A stretch of DNA of 64,000 bases from Syncephalis fuscata S228. Lineage: Eukaryota; Fungi; Zoopagomycota. The stretch is taken from the NCBI GenBank assembly GCA_025786725.1, contig JAHLTZ010000013.1, positions 372,001 through 436,000 on the forward strand, read 5' to 3'. The notes beneath the pieces were generated by a model. The model ran no database searches, had not been told where the DNA came from, and saw nothing but the letters and a program-made list of their open reading frames with translations. Each line of letters starts with the position of its first letter. Positions within the stretch are counted from its first letter, which is position 1. Shown one piece after another: positions 13,599 to 25,570 of the stretch. The translations under genes and the position numbers were made by a program.

Positions 13599-14997
13599 TT
13601 ATTGTGCACTGTCCAACAAAATACTAACTGCCCTATTAGGATCATTGCGTGATTCCATTAATACACTGACGATACGTTCACGCGGTATATCTGGAAGCAT
13701 ACTGGCCACCAATTCAATTTGCGCCTCATCTGGGAATGTCATTGCTTCCGGTCCAGCGGATGTTGTTGCAAATGCATTCATATAATTCTATTCAGCAAAT
13801 AAATAGATGAGTTTATACAGTTTAGATTTAATAATACAAATACTTACTCGGACCGCATTGGCTGATTGTGATGCCGGTAATTGTGGATCCGAACGTAATG
13901 ATCCGTCTTGTTGCGACTGCTGCTGTTGTTGCTGCTGCTGTTGTTGTTGCTGTTGCGGCTGCTGTTGTTCTTGGAATAAATTTGTTGGTGGTACCGGTAG
14001 TTGTGGTAGCGTATGTGTGCTTCTTCGTATTGGTACTGAGCCAAGTATTGGTGCAGATAATTTTGATGTCAAACGACGAATAAAGTTGGGGAATCGCCAG
14101 CGTTTTAAACCAAAAAATTGGCTCGATACAGCCAACCGGCCATGAGTCCACAAATAGCTGCAGCCACCGAACCAGGCCAGTTTGCAACCATTAACTAACA
14201 GTACACTATTAGTTTGCAGTGAAGATGTAGATCATCAGATTATTTTACTATACCTGTAGACCCAATAAATAAAGTAGTGATTTATCAGAAAATGTTATGC
14301 CAAATAGATGGAATCGATAGGCACACGGCAATCCGGCGTACATTTGATAAAGTGCGGCAAATATAAATCCATAACTGTTATACTATAAGTAACTGTTGAA
14401 GCTACTATGCAATTAGTAACTTACGGTCCTGAAGGAATGTAAACAAGACCAAGTGGACGTGCCAACGCTAGAACTACATCTGGAATACGACTGATAAGGC
14501 CGAGGTCGTATATAGCATTGACTAAGTATATATATATATGTCAGTATTGGCTATGGAATTGCCATGTCTACTGCTGCTTCTTGGCGTCAACTGCTTACCA
14601 CGTATTTACTCGAACCATATTGGCGTTCAACTGCACGACAGTGATATAGTAGCACGCAGCCAAATAACGCTTCTCCTGAACTAGCAAATGCCGAGCTTGA
14701 TACAAATAATCGCCAGTACTTGCGTTATAATCAGTAAGTACCGTGGTGTTTACTATGCTTGATGGCAATGACCAACAACTTACCTGGTGATGTACAGTTA
14801 GATGCGGTATAAGCTGTAGGTGCATCATATGTTTGAGGCGATAGACGGACGCCAGTATGGATAAGCCGCCAATGCCCCACACCATAGCTTTAGTTACGGG
14901 CGCGCCATTAAAGCCTATAGTATTTGGTATATTAGTGGGCTATTGGTTGGCTATTGAATTAGAAATAGCACGAACCAGAAGGGCCAGAGGAATTCAT
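13599..14997 (-). CDS. DSC2: Dsc2/UBAC2-like rhomboid pseudoprotease with C-terminal UBA domain (DSC E3 ligase subunit)
   Basis: MNSSGPSG/FNGAPVTK...HLQLIPHLTVHHQ/YWRL...LLYHCRAVERQYGSSKY, GPYGFIFA; C-terminal UBA-like FPDEAQIELVASMLPDIPRERIVSVLMESRNDPNRAVSILL. Confidence 0.85.
13908..13970 (-). repeat. CAG/CAA trinucleotide repeat encoding polyQ in the Dsc2 linker
   Basis: (tgc/tgt)n on the + strand; translates to QQQPQQQQQQQQQQQQQSQQ on the - strand. Confidence 0.9.
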
Positions 14998-16322
14998 AGC
15001 GGATAGGAAATGACAACAATGTATGTATACAAGCTAAAGAGAAAGAGACGAGAAAGCGAGAAAGTGCGTAGATTAAGAAATAATAATAATAATAGTAATA
15101 ATAAATTGGACTTGAATTTGAATTTATTATTAAGATGTACTAATGATCCACAAGTCTTATTTGGTTTATATATCAGTTGTTTAACTAGTATAATACTAAC
15201 ATTAATCATGTTGATATGTTAACGTCGATTTACATCAACTATTTGTATGGTTATTTGTGTGTTATGTTGTTGTTATTTGATAAACAATCTGTCCTAATGG
15301 TCAACCATTACCCCAGTTAATTGATCATATAGAATGTAATAAACTTTGAAAAGCTTGTTTACATTTACACACATTAAACACTTTAATAATTGTATAAAAA
15401 TACTCTATTGTTTTTAGTAAATGTTTTTATTGGAGTTGTGGTATGTACTGATGAAGCATGCTTAATGTAGCCCATATTTACAAGTAAATACGAGCCAGTG
15501 GACAGGGTACCACTTCATTAATATAAATGCCATATATCAGAAGTTAATATACCCACCCTTTCCCCTACACAGACTCATGGAAGAAGCGTAAGTGTAGTGA
15601 ATAAAGATGGGAGAACAAGTCGACCAACAAGTGGCCAACTTGCAGTATACAAAAGCAAATACTAAAGAAACGCGTGTACATATCAAACAATTACAGCGCA
15701 GTAACCATACTAACAACAACAATGCATAAATGGCTAGGATAATACTAAAGTGCAAGCGTTATCTTGCCGTTTATTGCTAATAAAAAAACATAAGAAGAGA
15801 AAAAGAAAGAAAGCTAGAGTGAAGTTAGCATAAGCCGTTGTGGTGTCGCTTTAAATTGAAAATGAGAAAATTTTGCTTGATTCGTCATGAGCACAGGGGA
15901 TCATCCCCCGCTTACCACTGCGAAGTTAGCTACCGCAACGTGCATTGCTATATTTGGCAATGTCAAAATATCCGGTTTTCAGCGCCAGGGCCATAACTTG
16001 CATGCCTTTCGCCATATTCCAAGTAATACTTGCGTATTGCACCATTGAAATAGAAAACAATAAAGCTATAGCATGTATCTGATTTAACGCTACATTTTCT
16101 ATATGTATCCAAGTAATTGTTGATCAACTTGTAGGTTCTTACGTCGCTTTCTGTAATATAATAAAAATGGCATTGCCTATTGTTATACGTATTTTTTGGA
16201 TAAAGTATACTTTATTCTCTTTATTCTTAATACATCCATTACGTTATTGATGCCGCTTTATCGCACATCATTATGATTTCTTAGCATTAGCTGCATAATT
16301 TAATTACAATAGTAGTTATCAA

Positions 16323-16356
<34 letters not shown>

Positions 16357-16393
16357 GCCATGACAATAGTCTTTCGGCAATTATTTAATAAAC

Positions 16394-17965
16394 TTAAACC
16401 AATTCAGGTACAAAACTTCTAATGAGTGTTGCTTCCTTGTTCATCAGTATCATATGGCCAAATGCAACTGTACAATGTTCCACTCTTGATATTGGGAACG
16501 GATGAACATTCACTTTATCTGTTTTGACATCAACAATACAGTATCGGTTAAGGATATAATCGTAACCAACTATTTTTGTATCAATAAGATGCTGAAAATG
16601 GACAAATGTGTTGAATAAAGCGCTTATATGGGTGTACTGCCGGATCTTTCCATCCAATAGTGAAATAATGACCAGTGGCAAACGATCTTTTGAGCAGAAT
16701 ATAGCCAGATTATGTCTTGGAATTAAAATGAAATCTTCAGAGCCTTTTGCCGAGTAGCTGCGTTCAAAAATGGGTCCCTTGCTTAAGGATATTACTTTAA
16801 TGCTGTGTTGCCAGCTCGTTATGCTGCCATTTGGTGTATTTTCGGGTAAACAGTCATTACAGTAAAGTAGTACACGATCGCAGTCAATGGAGTAAAACTT
16901 TGACCGTCTTACAATTGCGTTATTGGCTAAGGTCAAATAACCCGAGGCAATTGTGGTCGTTTGTGCCGTACTGTGATCGGCAAGTATTGAGCTGGTATGA
17001 GAAGCTAATGGCATGCAAGTTATCTTATACGACACTGTGCTTTCATGAGCATAGTATTTCAAAAAAATCATTTTGCTACTATCTGTCGTATGTATTCTAA
17101 ATTGATCACTATAATCGGTTTCTGAAGTCTTAATAAACTGAGGCTCACGTAATTGAGGCCTTGAAAAGCTGCTACAAAATAGCTGTGCGCAGCCATCGAT
17201 TTTCGATCTAGCAAATAACAAAGACGTATTTATAATTCTACCATCCCATTCACCATCGAAATCGATAGACTGTAGCAGTTGGCGACTGTTTGCGTTCCAT
17301 ATCTGAAGAACATCCAAAGGCTTTCCATCGTATTTTAGATGTAGAATTACACACAAGCCATTATCAACCTCGTTTGTTCTTTGTCTATGTTGGAAGAATG
17401 TTATGTTTTTTATCGCCACCAAGCCGGTTCGACTAAGATCTAGCGGATAAATCTTGGCTGTGTTCTTTGGCGAAAGCTTAACTAAAGCAATTTCGAAATT
17501 TCGATAAGTTGCTATTGCGATCCAGCCAGGATAGCTTGCAACAATCGATAGACCAGGATTTCGTAGTTTCAGCCTTGTATCTATATGAAAAGGTCTCAAA
17601 TAAACCGTCGATGTTGGCTTGTTTTCTTGCCAATTCAAACCCATATTGATACGCTGGCTATATCTCTGAAACCAAGTAAATCTTGATGTAGCTTTATTTT
17701 CCGTGTCAGCTACTGTCGCTGATACTGCCTGCTCATGTTCCAATTGCCACTGCAACCAGTCAATATCCGTGTTAATGTCACGTGGAAATGTTTGCATATA
17801 CAGCCTGTACCAAAGGCTGTTGCAACTAATAGCGCTATACAATGCTTTACAAGTACACGCTAAAGCAATAGTGGCAGTAGTTCCACTCAACAGCGATATA
17901 TGATGAACTAGTTCGACTATTTGCCATACTTTTGGCAACATGTTGTTGTTACTTTTGAGTGACAT
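16394..17965 (-). CDS. Lineage-specific F-box-like protein, copy 1 (intronless, ~520 aa)
   Basis: Long ORF with N-terminal F-box-like LPKVWQIVELVHHISLLSGTTATIALACTCKALYSAISCNSLWYRLY, then WFQRYSQRINMGLNW and a beta-rich C-terminal region. Start placed at MSLKS by alignment with copy 2. Confidence 0.7.
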   Translation of the reverse strand: MSLKSNNNMLPKVWQIVELVHHISLLSGTTATIALACTCKALYSAISCNSLWYRLYMQTFPRDINTDIDWLQWQLEHEQAVSATVADTENKATSRFTWFQRYSQRINMGLNWQENKPTSTVYLRPFHIDTRLKLRNPGLSIVASYPGWIAIATYRNFEIALVKLSPKNTAKIYPLDLSRTGLVAIKNITFFQHRQRTNEVDNGLCVILHLKYDGKPLDVLQIWNANSRQLLQSIDFDGEWDGRIINTSLLFARSKIDGCAQLFCSSFSRPQLREPQFIKTSETDYSDQFRIHTTDSSKMIFLKYYAHESTVSYKITCMPLASHTSSILADHSTAQTTTIASGYLTLANNAIVRRSKFYSIDCDRVLLYCNDCLPENTPNGSITSWQHSIKVISLSKGPIFERSYSAKGSEDFILIPRHNLAIFCSKDRLPLVIISLLDGKIRQYTHISALFNTFVHFQHLIDTKIVGYDYILNRYCIVDVKTDKVNVHPFPISRVEHCTVAFGHMILMNKEATLIRSFVPELV

Positions 17966-18605
17966 GATGGAGGACAAGGCGAATAAATGAAGTAGTTGCA
18001 TGCAACGGAAAAGGCCTGTGTTTAAATAAAGCATGTGAGCTGCAGGTAAACCGTTTTGGTCTAAATACTTCAATTCTAGCGATTGGTTCTTGTGAGCTAG
18101 TCCAACTTGCATCTACACATTTTGGTCTAACCTAACTTGTATATATTTAGCTTTTCCACTATCTTACTTCCATATTGTGTCGGGGTTTGGTATACTTATA
18201 ATAACAAAGTTAAATCTATTATAGCTATTATAATTATAACACCAATCTGTAAATCGGAGTTTTAATTTTGCCTGACTAATATTTTTACCACATATCCAAC
18301 TAACCGGTAATGATTTACCATTATTGCAGATCATTTAAGAACAAAGAAGCGGTTTAATTTATCCCGCAAATAATCATACAAACTACCAAAAAACATACTC
18401 ATATGAAACCAACAATGCGAATCGTCATTGTCGGCGTCAACAAAATATTAACACTATTAGCATTATTATTGTTATATCAAATAGACACTTTCTTACGATT
18501 AGTTGCTACTTGTGTTTTTATTTTTTAAATATTTTATTGTTAGGATTATTTAGAATAACTAAATATATTGACTTTGAAAATACTATAAGTGATGATCTAA
18601 TCAAT

Positions 18606-20174
18606 CTACATCAATTTAGGAACAAAGCTTGTAATGAGCGTTGCCTCTTTAGTAATCAGTAGCATGTGCCCCAATGCAACTGCACAGCATTCTACTTTTG
18701 ATACTGGAAATGAATAGACGTTTACATCACCTGTCACAGTATCGATAATACAATAACGGTCAGTTTTGTAGTCAAAGCCAATAATTTTCGTATCAATAAG
18801 GTGCTGAAACTCATAAATTTTGTCACCTAAAATGCTTATATTGATGTGTTGCTGAATTTCTCCATCCAATAATGAAACAATTACCAATTCAAAGCGTAAT
18901 CTCGAGTAAAATACGGCCAAATCGTGTGCTGCAATTAAAAGTAAACTTTCAAATCCATCTGATGAATAACTACATTCAAATATGGCTCCTCTTTTTAAAG
19001 AAACTACTTTGATGTAACGCTGCCAATTCTTTATATTGCCATTTGAAGTCACTTCAGTTAAATAAAAGCTGCAGTAAAATAATATCCGATCATAGCTAAT
19101 TGAGTACAATTTTAATCGACGCACAGTCGAGCCATTGGGTAAAACTAAATAGCCTGAGGTAATCTCAGTCACTTGTGGTGTATCGTAATCCGTAGTTATC
19201 GAGTTTGCATCATGCGTTAATGAAACGCGTACTATTTTATATAAAGTGCTTATTCTATCAGTGCAACTTAAAAGAATAATTTCCTTGCTATTTGCTGTAT
19301 GTATTCTAAAATTATTCATGTTGCGGATGTTTGAAACATTAACGAGTTGAGGCTTACATAATCTTGTTTCCGAAAAATTACTATAAAATAATCGGGCTGA
19401 TTTGATGTTTTTGAATTTGGAAAATAACAAAGATCCGCCTATAATTCTACCATCCCATTCGCCATCGAAATCGATAGACTGTAGCAGCTGACGACTGTTT
19501 GCGTTCCATATTTGAAGTACGTCCATGGATTTTCCAATGTATTCTAAGTGTAGAATCACACACGTGCTTTCATCTGCATCGTTTGTCTGCAGTCGATATT
19601 GATAAAAAGTTATGTTTTTTATCGTTTTTAAGTTATTTTTATCCAGATCTAGTAAATAGATTTTGGCTGTATTTTTTGGCAAAATTTCAATCAAGTCGAT
19701 TTGCAAACCAGAACGACTTGCTATTGCAAACCAGCCAGGATAGCTTGCAATAATTGTTTTAGCGGAAATTCGTAGTGCTAGTATCTTATATATCTCGAAA
19801 GGCTTTAGGTGAACTGTCGATGTTGGTTTGCTTTTTTGCCAATTCAATTCCGTGTTTACACGCTGGATGTATAACTGAAACCAAGTGAACATTGATGTAT
19901 CTTTGTTTTCTGCTGCAGTTGCTTCTCCTGTTATTTTTGATTCTTGATTTAATTGCCACTTTGACCAGTCAATATTGGTGTTGATATCACAAGGAAAGTT
20001 ATTTTGGTAAAATTTGTGCCATAAACTATCGTAGTTTATGATAGAATTATGCAATGATTTGCAAGTGCGTGCCAAGGCAATAGTGGTAGTTATTCCACTC
20101 AACATCGATATATGGTAAACTATATTGACAGTTTGCCATATTTTCGGCAGTGTATCATTATTGTGCGCTGACAT
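18606..20174 (-). CDS. Lineage-specific F-box-like protein, copy 2 (intronless)
   Basis: Colinear paralog of copy 1 (LPKIWQTVNIVYHISMLSGITTTIALARTCKSL...LWHKFY; DVLQIWNANSRQLLQSIDFDGEWDGRII; ends SFVPKLM*). Confidence 0.7.
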   Translation of the reverse strand: MSAHNNDTLPKIWQTVNIVYHISMLSGITTTIALARTCKSLHNSIINYDSLWHKFYQNNFPCDINTNIDWSKWQLNQESKITGEATAAENKDTSMFTWFQLYIQRVNTELNWQKSKPTSTVHLKPFEIYKILALRISAKTIIASYPGWFAIASRSGLQIDLIEILPKNTAKIYLLDLDKNNLKTIKNITFYQYRLQTNDADESTCVILHLEYIGKSMDVLQIWNANSRQLLQSIDFDGEWDGRIIGGSLLFSKFKNIKSARLFYSNFSETRLCKPQLVNVSNIRNMNNFRIHTANSKEIILLSCTDRISTLYKIVRVSLTHDANSITTDYDTPQVTEITSGYLVLPNGSTVRRLKLYSISYDRILFYCSFYLTEVTSNGNIKNWQRYIKVVSLKRGAIFECSYSSDGFESLLLIAAHDLAVFYSRLRFELVIVSLLDGEIQQHINISILGDKIYEFQHLIDTKIIGFDYKTDRYCIIDTVTGDVNVYSFPVSKVECCAVALGHMLLITKEATLITSFVPKLM

Positions 20175-20520
20175 GATGGAAATAAAACTAAACAAACAAA
20201 ATATTCACTTGTAACAATGGGTCTTTTAACTAAGCAAATTCGCATGACACAGCAATTATGACGCATGTAAATTGAGTCATTCGGCATTATAATTATTTTT
20301 TAAGGTGGTTTACCATTTATATACATACGTTAATCTAATATAATTTGAATTAGTGTTTCTTTTTGTTACACATTTATTACTTTACTGTTACCGTTCTGGT
20401 TATATTATTCTACATTTGCACATATTAACTACAAAATCAATTAAAATAATGATTACTAATTTATTATTATTGCCATTGTTACTGTTGTAATGATAATCAA
20501 TCAGTGATGATCTAATCAAT

Positions 20521-21921
20521 TTACATCAATTCAGGTATAAAACTTGTAATCAGTGTTCTCTCCTTATTTAGCAATAACATGTGCCCAAATGCAAATATAC
20601 AGTATTTTACATTTGATATTGGAAATGATAGACATTACATCGCCTGTTACGGCATTAATTATACAGTATTGGTTAGCGGTGCAATTGCAACCAATGATTT
20701 TTGTATCGATAGGATGCTGAAAGCCATAAAACTTGTCGCCTAAAATGCTTACAGCAATATGGTGCAAATCTTTCCATCCAACAATGAAATGATAACTAAT
20801 TTAAAGGGGATTTTCGAGTGAAATACGGCCAAATTATGTGTTGAAATTAAAAGTAAATTTTTAGGCCCATTTGATGGATAACTACATTCAAAAATGGCTC
20901 CTTTGCTTAAAGAAATTACTTTGATGTAGCGCTGCCGATTCCGTATAATGCAACTTGAAGTCTCCGTTTTTAATTCAAAGCTGATGTGAATTAACAAGCG
21001 ATTGCAGTCAATGGAGTAAACTTTCTTCTGATCTATGAATGCATCATTGAGCAAATTCAAATATTCCAAAGCAATCTGGGCCATCTGTGGCGTGCTGTAA
21101 TCGTTCATTGCCAGGCTGATATCGGGTGCTAATAAAATACGTATTATTCTATACGATATTTCATTGCTACGAGTAAAGTATTGTAAAAGCATCATCTTGT
21201 TATTGTTGGCCGTATGTATTTTAAATGTGTCACTATAACTCATTGCCGAGGCACTAAAGGGTTGAGACTCACAGGCTGGTATCTTTGAAAGTCGGCTATG
21301 GGGTAGCTGGGTGGTGTAGCCGTCTTTATACTTGGAAAACAGCAAAGATGCGCCGATGATTCTACCGTCCCATTCACCATCAAAATCGATAGACTGCAGC
21401 AGTTGGTAACTATTCGCATTCCATATTTGAAGTACATTTAATGGTTTGTTGGCATACTCCGAATGTATAATTAAACGCACACCTTCATCCGTATCATTTT
21501 TTGTTGTCGATGTTGGTGGAATTTATGTTTTCTATCGTTCTTAAATTGGTTTCATCCAAATCTAGAGAATATGTTTTAGTTGTATTCTTTGGAAAGAGCT
21601 TAATCAAGTCAACTTGAGGATCCGGAAGAGCTGCTATTGCAACTCAGCCAGGATAGATTGCACTAGTTGCTCTATTGGAATATTGTAACGATTACAGTTT
21701 GTGTAAACTAAGAGGTTTTAAATAAATTGTCAATACTGGCTTGTTATTTTGCCAGTTTAATTCCGTGTTGATACGCTGACGGTATAGTTGAAACCAGGTA
21801 GATTTGGGTGCAGCTTTATTTTCCATGTCAGTCGTTGCTCCTGTTCTAACTGCTACTCTGACCAGTCAGTATTAGTATTGATATCACGAGGAAAATCATG
21901 TTAGTATAATTTGTACCAATA
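20521..21921 (-). pseudogene. F-box-like family copy 3, 5'-truncated pseudogene
   Basis: Same motifs (VLQIWNANSYQLLQSIDFDGEWDGRII; ends IPELM*), but with in-frame stops (TGA at 21644-21646 replacing Trp of YPGW; TAA at 21901-21903), frameshifts, and loss of the F-box-encoding 5' part. Confidence 0.8.
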
Positions 21922-22182
21922 TGAAAAGACAAAGATTATACATGACAAAGTTAATAATTAAATCTGTATTCAATAGTATTTTAACTGTGATTCATTATGA
22001 TTAATGGCCATTTGTAAACAAATAAATAATAAAATTAGATAATTTATTCAGCATTCATAAACAAATTAACTGAATGGGACAGTCATCATCGGCATTATCG
22101 TTGTAAGCCGTGAAAAAACAAAAAAACCTCGTTGATTATTATTAGCATAGTTGAAATTAGATATCATGATTGATTGTTGGAT

Positions 22183-23579
22183 TTAGGCTATCTCACTGGT
22201 AGCCTTTTTGGCTTCTGGTGTCTGGCCGTAGCCTGTCTCGTTAGCGTCGTGTGAGGTATCCTTTACCTGGCGAGCAACGTAGAAGGCTGGAATTACAGCC
22301 ACCAAAAGTAAAACCCAGTTGATGATCAACTGCACTAAAAGACTGACTTTGGCACTTGCAATAGCCCATGAAATGGCACCACCAGCTGACTGGACACCTT
22401 TGTAAAGGCCGGCATAACGGGCCAACAATGAAGGATCGTTCGTAAGTGCACCCATCATCCAGTAGCACCAGGACTGCACGATGGCATCCAGCAAGCCATA
22501 GAAGAAGTAAAGAATAATAGGGCCGGCAGCGCGTGCAGAGTCTTTGAAGTTAATGTCTTGTTTTGCAGTTTCGGCAGTGTACTGGAGTTGCATAGCTAAA
22601 CCACCACCCCAAATGGCACAGGAGATTACAGCTATAGCGATGAGACTATAGATGGCCTTGACACTTCGATTGAAACGAGGCGAGTCGAGGAAGTAGCCAA
22701 TACCAAAGGCACCGATCATTTGAGCTCCCCAATAAAATACGTTGTTTAGACCACGTGTGCTTATCTCGAAAAGTGGTGCATTATAACCATCGAATTGATA
22801 GCTATAGAACCAGTTGGACGCTAAAAACATTGGCAACAAGCAAAGCATACGCCAGTCGGTGAATGCCTTAACTATGCCCATTACTTCCTCGCCGACACTG
22901 CGGGACTTTTCAATAACTACTGGAGTACCATCTTCACGAATCATCTTATTGGGATTCACCATAAATATTGGAATGACTGAGGCAGCAGCCATGATGACAA
23001 TAAAGGCAATGTAGGTGCTATCATTGACAGATTTGGCGGTCGAGTTGAGATTGGCAACAAATGGAATAAGACCACCAATGACACCGCCCATGTTGAAAAT
23101 GACCCAGAAGATAGAAATAAACCGACCCTTACGATCTTCAGTTGGATATGACATCATAATGGCACCTTGTGCCGTCCATAATAAAGCTGCACCAATACCA
23201 AGAATGGCACCAGCGGCAATTGAGAAAGCACCAGAGCCGGTGTGATTGAAGGCAAGGTAGGATCCGGCATAAAGAACGTAGGTCAACGAGCCGGCAATCA
23301 TAAGAATTTTTGATCCTAGTGTATTGTGGATGGCACCGGCCACCACGCCAAACAAGGCGAAGCAGGTGTAAAGAGCAGTATTGGCTTTGGCAGATACATT
23401 GCCATCAACCTGACCACCACCACCCATACCGTTCAACGCATTGAACATGCCAGATGTGCTGTAGATTGTAATTAACTCGTGAGAAAAATTCTTATGTTTC
23501 GATGGCAGCAGCAAACTTACCCAAAGAGCACAAAGCCCAGCATGACAATCTGGACAAGCGGCGACCTGTAGCTTAACAT
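22183..23579 (-). CDS. UNC93-like MFS transporter
   Basis: Exon 1 MLSYRSPLVQIVMLGFVLF spliced to GTSGMFNALNGMGGGG...ANTALY; WTAQGAIMMSYPTE; ISIFWVIFNMGGVIG; PMFLASNWFYSYQF; YAGLYKGVQSAG. Confidence 0.88.
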
Positions 23580-25504
23580 GATGCTCGCTATATAAGTGTA
23601 GATATAATGTAATACGAATAAAAGTTAGTGCAAGTACTACTACTACTACTGGCGTATTAATGTTATGCAAGATATTAAAAAAATGTGAAAAATGGTAGGA
23701 GTAATTGATATTTTTCCAAAGCCAGAAATGGCCAACTTGCTTACCTTTTTAAATAAATCCAAATTAGATTTTAATTGAAGGTAGCACGTGAATGCTATTT
23801 TAAACGGTAAAGGCCAAAAGACAAAAGGGCTTGAGAGATGGCGGAATAGAGTCGCGTGGCTCTTTCTTCCCCCGCAACGTGGGCAAACTGATCAAGTAAA
23901 ACAATAAAACGTGGATGTGTGTTGCTCAGCCGATAATAGTCAGTAAGCCACTAAATTGGCAATAAACAAAACAAAAGTAAATTTGGTTGTCAAGCGAAAG
24001 CAAATCCGTTACAATATCAAAATGGACAATAAATCACTCAAGATAAATAGAAATAATCGAAACAAGCAGGTAAATAAAAGTTTCAATCAATGATGGTTTG
24101 ACTGTCACAACCGGTAGTGACTTGATAGCCAACTATTCGTGAACGATAGATAATTCCAAAGGAAAGAAAAAGAGATAACGAAGAAGCCGTAAAGATTGAA
24201 CAGTATTGTTCCTGGAAACAAATAACTAACTAAAAGAGTACGCTGGAAGAGGTGGAGATGGGAGGGGAATAGGTGGGAAATTGCATTGGCAATGAAACAA
24301 GAGAAGGGAAGTGTCCGCGAAATATGATGCCATTTAAGCTTGACGGTGATGTGCGTGAGTGCGTGAGTGTGTGTGCGTGTACACAATGACAACTCTAAAG
24401 AACAGTGGCAAGTCGCAAGTGGAAAAAAGGAGACGCAACCTGTCAGGTTATGCGAAGCAGGTAAGCCACGGCTACACAAACACAAACCAACATCTAGTCT
24501 TTGCTCTGATTTCCGTTCGTTTTCTGCGTTACATACTGCCTAGCAAAAGTATGCACATTATCACGGGAGTGGTAATGGAAGCAAGAGTAGGTGCATTTGT
24601 TACATGATACAGGTGTATGTGTCAGGTCGATTCGGAGAACCCACTGGCAATGATCAACAACCTATTATTTTCCACCGTCATTTACTGCAGGTTCTATTTT
24701 AATAAATGTCTGCAATTTATTTATATCCATAAATTGCTATTATTAATTAATTAATGCTGAACCTATTAAATTGTGAATGTCATTTTGTCCTGCTGTTGTG
24801 TAACCGTGCGTGGGTCAGCCGATACTATTACTTGCCAACAAGTAGTTGCTTTTCTTGTTAGGTTTGCTTTTTGTAATAGAGAAAAGGGAATTCCAGCAAG
24901 TGCACTGGCATGTGTAGTACCATCTTACAAATAGCCAAAGTGTCTAAACAATGCTATCAAGTCTTTATTGTCATCAACACAGGAGCAGCATTATTGTCGC
25001 AAACACATAGTGTGACGTTAGTTGAATTAGTACTGTTGTAAACCAATCGATAGCTTTGTATACAATTCTTTGTTCCTTTATTTGTTCGCTGGTTGTGTCC
25101 TATGACAGACAGGCAGACAAATAGGCGGATGAGCAATGTACTCCTTTTCTCTCTCTTTCTCCCTGTGTTCTGCTCGGTTCTAAATAGACTTGTTTGTCCG
25201 TGTACGCATAGCTGACGTGCACCGAGTCACCACTTGTTCCACATTTGCCGACTGGCTTCTACTATGATGATTTGCCCGCAAAACAGCCAACGCTGAAAAT
25301 AGTCGGCATAAACCAATTAACAGGCCGCCATTAAGTTATTCTCACCCTTGCCAATCATCTATCGATGGTCATACACGCCTATGCGATGAGACATGAGCGT
25401 CAAATGGCGTGTTCTACACTCTAGTAGATGGCTTCGTTACATTAGCGACTACACTGTCGGTATTTAATGCTGGTGGCTGTGTGTATCACGCTTGTTGCTT
25501 GTGG

Positions 25505-25570
25505 TAGTACTACTACTACTGCTACACTACTACCACTATTACTACTACCACTACTATTACTACTACTACT
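25505..25570. repeat. Imperfect (TAC)n microsatellite
   Basis: tagtactactactactgctacactactaccactattactactaccactactattactactactact. Confidence 0.8.

Noticed and set aside
13807-14187. Poly-Cys, poly-Ala/Val and poly-Thr ORFs in the ORF track
   Set aside because: These are alternative frames and the antisense of the Dsc2 polyQ repeat.
15448-15475. CTGATGA hammerhead-like core
   Set aside because: No GAAA after the putative stem II and no stems I or III.
15870-16030. U1 snRNA-like look on the minus strand (ATTACTTGG...GGGGGATGATCCCC)
   Set aside because: No ACTTACCTG 5' end and no Sm site.
17966-18112. N-terminal extension of the 572-aa F-box ORF
   Set aside because: Paralog alignment starts at MSLKS/MSAHN; the extension is probably chance open frame.
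23580-23670. ORF-track start of the 495-aa transporter
   Set aside because: It reads through intron sequence; the spliced start at 23579 gives the family motif YRSPLVQIV.
23865-23935. Possible TPP riboswitch upstream of the transporter (minus strand CTGAGC...ACTTGATC)
   Set aside because: CUGAGA is imperfect, and the AUACC and GGxUAAUxCC-GCG elements and P1-P5 pairing are missing.
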